A stretch of 7,034 nt of DNA from Octopus sinensis (taxonomy: Eukaryota). The DNA lies in NCBI RefSeq assembly GCF_006345805.1, contig NW_021829011.1:1-7034 (forward strand), written 5' to 3'. Every line of letters begins with the position of its first letter. The first letter of the stretch is position 1. This document shows, piece after piece, positions 1-6,886 of the stretch. A model generated the notes under the pieces. The model did not search any database, was not told the DNA's origin, and worked only from the letters and a program-made list of their open reading frames with translations. The translations under genes were made by a program, and so were the position numbers.

Positions 1-90
1 AGTTAAAACAAAGTTCTTTTCAAACACTGGAACAGATGGCATTGGCTAACAGCTTTCCCCAAATTTCAGCTCTTGTCTCTAGACTAGGAA
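1..90 (+). mobile_element. Degenerate 3' part of a family A SINE, truncated by the window edge
   Basis: AAACACTGG...CCCCAAATTTCAGCTCTTGTCTCTAGACTAGGAA resembles the 3' end of the other family A copies and is followed by (TTA)n. Confidence 0.55.
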
Positions 91-107
91 CATTTATTAT
101 TATTATT

Positions 108-305
108 AAGGTGGTGAGTTAGCACAATGCTTAATGGTATTTTGCCTGTCGCTATGTTTTGAGTTCAAATTCCGCCGAGGTTGACTTTGCCTTTCATCCT
201 TTCGGAATCAATAAATTAGGTACCAGTGAAATACTCGGGATCGATGTAATCAACTCCTCCCCTCCCCCAAAATGGCTACCCTTGTGGCAAAATTTGAAGC
301 CAATA
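108..305 (+). mobile_element. tRNA-derived SINE family A, copy 1 (deletions in the head)
   Basis: AAGGTGGTGAG start, B-box-like GAGTTCAAATTCCGCC, core GTTGACTTTGCCTTTCATCCTTTCGG..AATAAATTAGGTACCAG, 3' end CTTGTGGCAAAATTTGAAGCC. Confidence 0.9.
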
Positions 306-315
306 TTATTAATAC

Positions 316-364
<49 letters not shown>
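304..364 (+). repeat. (TTA)n microsatellite / SINE tail
   Basis: Read directly from the sequence. Confidence 0.95.
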
Positions 365-366
<2 letters not shown>

Positions 367-575
367 GGCAGCAAGTTGACAGGTTAGCATGCTGGGTGAA
401 AAGCTTAGCGGTATTTCGTCTGTCCTTATACTCTGAATTAAAATTCCGCCGAAGTCGACCTTGCCTTTCATCCTTTTGGGGGTCGATAAATTAAGTACCA
501 GTAAAACACTGGGGTCGATGTAATCAACTAGTCCCCTTCCCAACAACTTCAGACCTTGTGCCTCCAGTAGAAAGG
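365..575 (+). mobile_element. SINE family A, copy 2 (near full length)
   Basis: AAGGCAGCAAG start, core GTCGACCTTGCCTTTCATCCTTTTGGGGGTCGATAAATTAAGTACCAG, end CCTTGTGCCTCCAGTAGAAAGG then (ATT)n. Confidence 0.92.
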
Positions 576-656
576 ATTATTATTATTATTTTTATTATTA
601 TTATTATTATCATTATTATCATCATCACCATCGTCGTCATCATCATCATTATCATT
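576..656 (+). repeat. Compound (ATT)n/(ATC)n microsatellite
   Basis: ATT units grade into ATC, ACC and GTC variants. Confidence 0.95.
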
Positions 657-851
657 AAGGTGGTGAACTGGCAGAATTGTTAGTACACCAGGCAAAATGC
701 TTAGTAGCATTTCACATGTCATCACGTTCTGAGTTCAAATACCGGCAAGGTTGACTTTGCCTTTCATCCTTTTGGGGTCAGTAAAAATAAACACTAGTTA
801 TTAACTAGTCTCCTCCCACTGAATGTCAGGTCTTGTGCTTATAGAAGAAAG
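657..851 (+). mobile_element. SINE family A, copy 3
   Basis: A-box-like TGGCAGAATTG (669-679), B-box-like AGTTCAAATAC (732-742), conserved core, internal deletion in the 3' half, (ATT)n tail 852-891. Confidence 0.9.
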
Positions 852-891
852 TATCATTATTATTATTATATTTTATTATTATTATTATTAT

Positions 892-1452
892 CGTTGAGTG
901 AGAGAGCAGTGCATGCCATCAAAGTGACACTGGGGTAAAATATACAAAGCCCAGTATACCCATCATGACTACCCGTCTGATAAGTGTACACTAGGCACAT
1001 GCATCACAACCATATGTGCGCAACATGGTGATCTCATATCAAGATAAACAAAACATGACCTTGCAGGTGGGGCCCAGTTAGAAATTTTAGCTTCTGGTCA
1101 AGAAACCCATCCCGCACAAAATGTCCCTGAATAAGGGTTGTTTAAGGATGTTGAATGAACCACCTATGTTTCCAAAGGTGAATTATCCATACCCCAAAGA
1201 ATCCCTCTCAACATACGGCTATGATGCTCTCCCACTACTTCTGCTCATGATCAGAAATGCACATATCGTCAGCCACCAAGGGACATGTTCATTTGGTTAA
1301 GGTCAAACAACTGACAAGCAAATCTGTGGTATTGAGCAGAATATTTGCTGTAGCCCATCTTTTATACCAAGACAAAACAATGTGCATGATAACACTTCCA
1401 ATCAGTTAAGATCAAAAGCCACGGGAGCCACTGCCTGGTACTGCATCAGGGC

Positions 1453-1455
<3 letters not shown>
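892..1455. mobile_element. Unclassified ~560-bp interspersed element embedded in (ATT)n; possibly the 3' UTR or a non-autonomous derivative of a microsatellite-targeting non-LTR element
   Basis: Complex, more GC-rich block with sharp (ATT)n boundaries on both sides. No TIRs, ORF or Pol III boxes seen. Resembles a repeat I recall from octopus genomes (unverified). Confidence 0.6.
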
Positions 1456-1483
<28 letters not shown>

Positions 1484-1485
<2 letters not shown>

Positions 1486-1851
1486 GGCTTTGAATTGGTA
1501 GAATTGTCCTTTCATCCTTCTAGAGGTAGGTGAAATGAAGTTAATGCTAAACAATGTTTTTCAGTATATAGTTAAATCTCTTTAGTTTCTGAGCTTAAAT
1601 CTTGTTGAGATCAACTTTACCTTTCAGCCTTCCAACCTTGATAAAGTACTAATCAAGTGCTGGGGTCTCAAATCTTAGAGTCAATCGAATCAGTTACTTG
1701 TGCTTGTGCCTATGTACAGTCATCATTAATATTTACTGAGGCTGGTTTTTGCCATTCTTTCTTCGAAGGTTGATGAAATGATACCTGTCAGATACTGAGA
1801 TCAATGACATAAACTCACCCTTCCCTTGGCCTTGTGACCATAGTAGAAAGG
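1484..1851 (+). mobile_element. Cluster of old degenerate family A fragments (~1484-1540, ~1588-1718, ~1728-1851)
   Basis: Three decayed cores (CCTTTCATCCTTC; TCAACTTTACCTTTCAGCCTTCC; TTTGCCATTCTTTCTTCG). The last ends GGCCTTGTGACCATAGTAGAAAGG followed by (ATT)n. Confidence 0.75.
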
Positions 1852-1884
1852 ATTATTATTATGATTATTATTATTATTGTTAGT

Positions 1885-2031
1885 AGAGGTGCATGGCTTA
1901 GTGGTTTGGGTGTAGAACTCATAATTGTAAGGTTGTGGTTTCGATTCCTGGACCAGGCGATGTGTTGTGTTCTTGAGAAAAACACTTCATTTCACATTGC
2001 TCCAGTCCACTCAGCTGGCAAAAACGAGTAA
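1885..2031 (+). mobile_element. tRNA-derived SINE family B, 5' half
   Basis: Perfect A box TGGCTTAGTGG (1894-1904) and B box GTTTCGATTCC (1938-1948) at tRNA-like spacing. The following GTTGTGTTCTTGAG..ACACTT..TTGCTCCAGTCCACTCAGCTG body resembles widespread metazoan SINE bodies (from recall). Confidence 0.85.
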
Positions 2032-2261
2032 GTTAGTTAAGTTAAGTTAATTTTTTGGCTCAAAAAGCAAAATGCAAGGCCATGTAGGGGGACATGGAGT
2101 TATGTACAGGGTGGTGTTCATGCAAAGAGTTCAGGCTATTTCTGGTCAAGGGAGACTTTGAACCGAGCGGTCATCGGCATCTTCACTATCTCTTCCGGCA
2201 GCTTATTCCACGGATCCGCAACTCGGGCGGAGAAAGCCCCTCTCCTTCAATTGAGATGAAA
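2032..2261 (-). mobile_element. 5'-truncated CR1-clade LINE 3' end (ORF2 C-terminus, 3' UTR, short tandem tail)
   Basis: Minus strand 2261-2118 translates to FHLN*RRGAFSARVADPWNKLPEEIVKMPMTARFKVSLDQK*PELFA*, matching the CR1-type ORF2 end motif FS.RV...WN.LP..(I/V)V......FK..LD. It has a 3' UTR hairpin CCATGT/ACATGG (2080-2097) and a (TAACT)-like tail at 2032-2050. Confidence 0.85.
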
Positions 2262-2374
2262 TCCTGCGACGGGCCATTGTCCCATCCAGGTGGGAAATTT
2301 CTACGCCACTGAAACCGGGAAACCAGCCCTTATGAGCCTGGCATGGATCGAGAAGGAACATTTATTTATTATTT
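2262..2374 (+). mobile_element. SINE family B, 3' half with (TTTA) tail
   Basis: TCCTGCGACGG..TCCCATCCAGG..GAAACCGGG resembles the 3' module that follows this type of SINE body (from recall). It joins the 5' half as GAGTAA|TCCTGCGA when the LINE is removed. Confidence 0.7.
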
Positions 2375-2588
2375 AAGGCAGCGAGCTGGCAGAATCGTTA
2401 GCGTGCTGGTCGAAATGCTTAGCAGTATTTTCCTTGTCACTACGTTCTGAGATCAAATTCCACCAAGGTCAACTTTGCCTTTCATCCTTTCGGGGTCAAT
2501 AAATAAAGTACCAGTCAAGTACTGGGGTCACTGTGATCAACTTCCACCCCACCAAAAATTTTATGGCCTTTTGCCTACAGTAGAAAGG
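2375..2588 (+). mobile_element. SINE family A, full-length copy
   Basis: AAGGCAGCGAGCTGGCAGAATCGTTAGC head (A-box-like 2387-2397), B-box-like 2450-2461, core, end GCCTACAGTAGAAAGG. Confidence 0.93.
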
Positions 2589-2692
2589 ATTATTATTATT
2601 ATTATATTATTATTATTATTATTATTATTATCATTATTATTATTATTATCATTATTATTATTGTTATTATTATTATTATTATTATTTTTATT
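2589..2692 (+). repeat. (ATT)n microsatellite tail
   Basis: About 100 bp of imperfect ATT units. Confidence 0.95.
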
Positions 2693-3012
2693 GTCACTGC
2701 TGTTTACTTTTAATCTGCATATTTTGATGCAATCACTTGCCAGAACACAGCCAGCACCCTAGGGCAAATGAAGGTGAACAGATGTTGAAATATAACTGAA
2801 AGGGGAAGTGGGGAGGGTATTAGCAAAATACCTCCACATAATACAATACAAACATTTAAACTGATAGGATTTTTCTAAGAAGTGGGCAGTACTTGGCAGC
2901 ACAATATTTTGGGTTATTATTATAAGATATATTATTAGATATATAATTCTAGGAAGTTAAAGTGCATAATATATTTAGAATGTTCAAAATATTCTATACT
3001 AATATTATTTTA

Positions 3013-3111
3013 ACACACACACACACATGTGCGTGTGTGTGTATATATGTGTGTGAATATGTATGAATAGATATCATACATATATATATGAATTATAATA
3101 TATATAATATA

Positions 3112-3166
<55 letters not shown>

Positions 3167-3230
3167 ATGTATGTATATACATATATATATATATATATAT
3201 GTGTTGTGTTGTGTGTGTGTGTATGTATAT
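3013..3230. repeat. Compound (CA)n/(TG)n/(TA)n microsatellite
   Basis: Largely alternating purine-pyrimidine sequence read directly. Confidence 0.95.
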
Positions 3231-3374
3231 AAATTAGAGAAGAACCACCATGTAGCAATTCAACAATGATATACTTAAATCATACCATATAGAAAAAAAT
3301 TAAAGATACGATAAAACATTTACCTAGAACTAAATAAAGTATTAATAATAAGTAAATAGTATATAATTAGTATC

Positions 3375-3380
3375 TATACA

Positions 3381-3411
<31 letters not shown>

Positions 3412-3412
3412 G
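3375..3412. repeat. (TA)n microsatellite
   Basis: Read directly from the sequence. Confidence 0.9.
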
Positions 3413-3486
3413 CATCGAACTCTCTCATGCACCAAATGGCAATTGCTAAAAAGCATTCGTGAAGTAAAATCATGTAACAACACCAA

Positions 3487-3561
3487 ATGGTGGTGCCCCA
3501 GCATGGCCACAGCTCGTCAGCTGAAACTAGATAAAATAAAAATAAAAAATAGAAATAAATA
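3487..3561 (+). mobile_element. Probable SINE/retroposon 3' end with A-rich (TAAAA)n tail
   Basis: GGTGGTGCCCCAGCATGGCCACAG..CTGAAACTAG followed by ATAAAATAAAAATAAAAAATAG. Similar to an octopus SINE terminus (from recall, unverified). Confidence 0.55.
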
Positions 3562-3630
3562 AATATATATATATACCTATATAGATATAGGTATACATAT
3601 ACATGTATATATATGCATGTATGTGTGTGT
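3562..3630. repeat. (TA)/(TG) microsatellite
   Basis: Read directly from the sequence. Confidence 0.9.
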
Positions 3631-3862
3631 ACCTTTGTCAAGACATCATATGATAAATGTAAACGAGCCTCACCATCAACAAACGATGTTATTCGTTTCC
3701 AGTTTTCCATGGAAAACATGTTCGCCCATAGACAATATTAGCATGCTTAGAAACAGGTGAGGGTTGGTGAGAGTAAGATCATGCAGCCATAAGGACCTCA
3801 ACAGATACCATCAAACCCATGCAAGCATGGAAAAGTAAAGGTTAAATGATGATGATGATGAT
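3631..3862 (+). mobile_element. 3' portion of a third SINE family ending in (GAT)n
   Basis: GAAACAGGTGAGGGTTGG...CCCATGCAAGCATGGAAAAG..GTTAAA(TGA)n: a terminal hairpin plus trinucleotide tail typical of retroposon 3' ends. Family recalled from octopus, unverified. Confidence 0.65.
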
Positions 3863-4060
3863 AATATAAAAAAATATTGCTTTTCAAGGGTAGAATTTCT
3901 GGTGGAACTCCATACCAGAAATAGAGCTATTTGAGAATACTCACTGTTCTTAATTTGGTAAAGGCATTAGAGTTCTTGCTAATCTTATAACTATTAAAAT
4001 GTCTGTAGATTGGTGAAATTGTTTGAGCATGAGGACAAAATTCCTTGCACTGTTAACCCA

Positions 4061-4278
4061 AAGGCGGCAAGCTGGCAAAAATGTTAGCATGCTGGACGAA
4101 ATGCTTAGTGGTTTTTCGTCTGTCTTTATGTCCTGAGTTCAAATTCTGCCATGGTCGGCTTTGCCTTTTATTCTTTTGGGATCGATAAATGAAGTACCAG
4201 TTGTGTACTAGGGGGTGACCTAATCAACTGGACCTCTCGCCAAAATATTTCGGGCCTTGTGCCTAGAGTAATAAAGAA
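4061..4278 (+). mobile_element. SINE family A, full-length copy without (ATT)n flanks
   Basis: AAGGCGGCAAGCTGGCAAAAATGTTAGC head, GAGTTCAAATTCTGCC, core, end GGCCTTGTGCCTAGAGTAATAAAG. Confidence 0.92.
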
Positions 4279-4522
4279 TATGTGCCCTTAAAAAAATTAA
4301 TTCTTAAAATTTCACTGTATTTAGATTAAACATTATGGTAAGCTTTCACAATCGGGAAGAGAAGGACAATGTGCAACAGTTAGCTGTGGGTGTCGACTCC
4401 CTACTGAACATTTCATATGATCACTCAGATGTTTCCCGGCAAGTTCATGTCCAAATAAGTAGGAGCAGGTTTCACATTGCGAAAATGCAAGCAGGGGTAT
4501 ATATGGGATATGGTGCTTTATT

Positions 4523-4670
4523 TTCTGTTTTCAATCCTTGCGAGGGTCAACTTTGCCTTTCATCCTTCTAGGGGTTAATAATATCAAGTACCTTAAACTC
4601 CACTGGGAATGATGTAGTTTGACTATAAATCTCCTAAAATTTGTGGCCTTTTGGCTATATTAAAAATTAA
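4523..4670 (+). mobile_element. SINE family A, 5'-decayed copy
   Basis: Core GGTCAACTTTGCCTTTCATCCTTCTAGGGG..AAGTACC..CACTGGG..GGCCTT. Confidence 0.8.
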
Positions 4671-4684
4671 TATTAACTCTGTTA

Positions 4685-4901
4685 AAGACAGCAAGCTGGC
4701 AGAATCCTAGGCATGCCTAGCAGAATGCTTAGCGGCATTCCATCCATCTTTGCATTCTGAGTTCAAATTCCACAGAGGTTGACTTTGCCTTTTATCCATT
4801 TAGGGGTCATTAAAATAAGTACCAGTTGAGTACTGGAGTTGATGTAATCAATTTCTCCTTCCCTCAAAATTGCTGGCCTTGTGCTAAAATTTGAAAGTAA
4901 T
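4685..4901 (+). mobile_element. SINE family A copy
   Basis: AAGACAGCAAGCTGGCAGAAT head, GAGTTCAAATTCC, core, end GCTGGCCTTGTGCTAAAATTTGAAAG. Confidence 0.92.
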
Positions 4902-4914
4902 GTCAGATCTGCTA

Positions 4915-5152
4915 AAGACAGCAAACTGGCAGAATTGTTAACCTGCCAGGCAAAATGCTTAGTGATATTTCATTTGTCTTTGTTCTGAGTTCAAATTCCA
5001 CCAAGGTCGACTTTGCCTTCATTTTTTTTTTTTTTTTTTTTTTTTGGTGGGGGTAAATAAAACGAGGATCAATTGAGCACTGGGGTCAATGTAATTTACT
5101 TAGCCCCCTACCTTGTAATTACTGGCCTTGTGCCAAAATTTGAAACCAATAT
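4915..5152 (+). mobile_element. SINE family A copy with internal poly-T
   Basis: Same head and core; T24 run at 5022-5045; end CTGGCCTTGTGCCAAAATTTGAAACC. Confidence 0.92.
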
Positions 5153-5264
5153 GAATTGCCTGATTTTTACAGCTGGAAAATCAATAATCATTGATGACAG
5201 CATTCTTAAATCAATTGAAAATTTAGAGTGAAACTGAGTTGAATTTATTATTGCAATTTACTCT

Positions 5265-5398
5265 ACACTCTGAGTTAAATCTTGGTAAATCAGCTTTGCC
5301 TTTCATCCTTCCAAGGTTGACAGAATATCTGTCAAATGCAGATGTCAACCTAATTACTTGTACTCACAACTCATATTAGGGGCCTTGTACAAAAACAA
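5265..5398 (+). mobile_element. Degenerate SINE family A fragment
   Basis: CTCTGAGTTAAATC..CTTTGCCTTTCATCCTTCCAAGGTTGA..GGCCTTGTAC. Confidence 0.75.
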
Positions 5399-5751
5399 GC
5401 TAAAAACTTTGAGACAAAAATTAAACCATAGGGCTAACACTAAATTTTTCCATTATAAATCATCTGAAGACTTTTTTTCCAGAATTTCCCTTGAAGAATC
5501 TGCTTTTCATGTTTTATTTCTCTTAGTGGTTGCTCAACTTGCTAAAAACAGTGAAAATATCCCTCATAGCAGACCCTACCATCATAAGAAAAATACATTA
5601 GATAATAACATCATCCAGTTATAACATTCTTAAATCTAAGATGTGATTGACATATCTGGAACACCTTTGATAATAGGTGTACAGGGTAAGGGCCAACCTA
5701 GAGCTAAATAACAAACTGTTGAGAAACCAAAGTTATGTTTTTTGTCTGAAC

Positions 5752-5755
5752 TACA

Positions 5756-5801
<46 letters not shown>

Positions 5802-5810
5802 ATAATATAT

Positions 5811-5857
<47 letters not shown>
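5752..5857. repeat. (TA)n microsatellite
   Basis: Read directly from the sequence. Confidence 0.97.
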
Positions 5858-5858
<1 letters not shown>

Positions 5859-6013
5859 AATATAAGAGGGAGTTTTTTAACCACTATGTGGAAACCCTTA
5901 TGCTAGAAGAAGATCTGCTATGGTCTCAACCACTAAGAATTGTTCTCCAGAAAATTTAGCACACCAGAAACGTAAGCGACCAAGACAAATGAAAAATAAC
6001 AAAAATATAGATT

Positions 6014-6092
6014 AATCACAAACAATTGTTTCACTATCAATAAATTACATAATTTTACTTACACAATTTATCTGTAGATCATCAGTGTGATC
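6014..6092 (-). ncRNA. Minimal Type I hammerhead ribozyme (Penelope-like element type), possibly degenerate
   Basis: Minus strand reads GAUCACA-CUGAUGA-[stem II: 20-nt arm, GUAAAA loop, 20-nt arm; 17/20 positions paired including G-U]-GAAA-CAAUUG-UU-UGUGAUU. Stem I is AUCACA/UGUGAU and stem III is the palindrome ACAAUUGU. Confidence 0.75.
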
Positions 6093-6226
6093 CTCTTTGC
6101 AAGATATCTAACATTTTAATTTCCAGTGAACTTGATTACTCAGTGCCTCAAATAACATTTAAAAAGTTTCTGTGAATTTCCTCATGATTCTGACTGTAGG
6201 CTTCTGTTTAATTTCACTGCAAATTT

Positions 6227-6229
<3 letters not shown>

Positions 6230-6259
<30 letters not shown>

Positions 6260-6290
6260 TATTATTATTATTATTATCATTTTTACTATT
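6230..6290 (+). repeat. (ATT)n microsatellite
   Basis: Read directly from the sequence. Confidence 0.95.
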
Positions 6291-6527
6291 AAGGCAGTTA
6301 GCTGGTCGTATCATGGTAGCATGTACGACAAAAGGCTCAGCAGTATTTTAAATGTGCTCAAATTTCTGCTGAGGTCAGCCTTGCACTTCATCCTTTCTGG
6401 GTCGATAAAAATAAATACCAGATGAGCATTGGGGGCTGATGTAATCAATTAGACCCCCATCCACCCACTCCCACCCCCACCCCACCCCGTCCTCATACTT
6501 GCTGGCCTTGGGCCAAAATTTGAAATC
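6291..6527 (+). mobile_element. SINE family A copy with a C-rich expansion
   Basis: AAGGCAGTTAGCTGG head, core CTTCATCCTTTCTGGGTCGATAAAA, end GCTGGCCTTGGGCCAAAATTTGAAATC. Confidence 0.88.
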
Positions 6528-6587
6528 ATTATTATTGTTATTATTATTATTATTATTTTATTATCATTATCATTATTATTATTATTA

Positions 6588-6618
<31 letters not shown>
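6528..6618 (+). repeat. (ATT)n microsatellite tail
   Basis: Read directly from the sequence. Confidence 0.95.
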
Positions 6619-6620
6619 GT

Positions 6621-6835
6621 AAGGCAGTGAGCTGGCAGAATCATTAGTATGCTGGGTGAAATACTTAGGTGGCATTTTGTCTGTCCTTATATTCTGAGTT
6701 CAAATTCTGCTGAGGTCAACTTTGTCTTTCATCCTTTCAGGGTCGATGAAATAAGTACCAGTTACGCACTGGGGTCAATGTAATCGACTAACCCCACCTC
6801 CCAAAATTTTAAACTTTGTGCCTATAGCAGAAAGG
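6621..6835 (+). mobile_element. SINE family A, full-length copy
   Basis: AAGGCAGTGAGCTGGCAGAATC head, GAGTTCAAATTC, core, end TTGTGCCTATAGCAGAAAGG, (ATT)n tail 6836-6884. Confidence 0.93.
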
Positions 6836-6886
6836 ATGATTATTATCATTATTATTATCATTATTATTATTATTATTATTATTACC

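Noticed and set aside
159-546. ORFs 159-494 (+) and 250-546 (-) with poly-Leu/poly-Ile
   Set aside because: They are translations of SINEs and (TTA)n, not membrane proteins.
1888-1955. Possible tRNA gene
   Set aside because: A and B boxes are present, but the acceptor and anticodon stems are poor, there is no terminator and it continues into a SINE body.
1834-2762. ORFs 1834-2031, 2094-2312 and 2475-2762
   Set aside because: They span SINEs and microsatellites. 2094-2312 is the antisense shadow of the CR1 ORF2 fragment.
2700-2815. Minus-strand polypyrimidine acceptor (CTTCCCCTTTCAG at 2796-2808) and possible exon
   Set aside because: All frames stop within about 30 codons, there is no strong GT donor and the peptide is unrecognisable.
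3455-3520. Other CUGANGA motifs (minus strand 3514-3520 and 1266-1272; plus strand 5464-5470) as hammerheads
   Set aside because: None has a correctly placed GAAA, stem III or closing stem I.
3702-3717. Perfect 16-bp palindrome GTTTTCCATGGAAAAC (also a hairpin at 3895-3922)
   Set aside because: These are isolated, lie within or near a decayed repeat and are plausible by chance in AT-rich DNA. Nothing supports a function.
3010-3719. ORFs rich in YI/HT/CV dipeptides (likewise 5636-5884 and 5759-5959)
   Set aside because: They are artefacts of dinucleotide repeats.
5358-5624. 88-aa ORF
   Set aside because: It has a non-ATG start inside a SINE remnant, no recognisable domain and no convincing splice context.
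6063-6216. Minus-strand exon candidate (TTTGCAG acceptor, GTAAGT donor at 6062-6057)
   Set aside because: It has stops in all three frames and the donor falls within hammerhead stem II. A non-coding exon cannot be excluded without RNA data.
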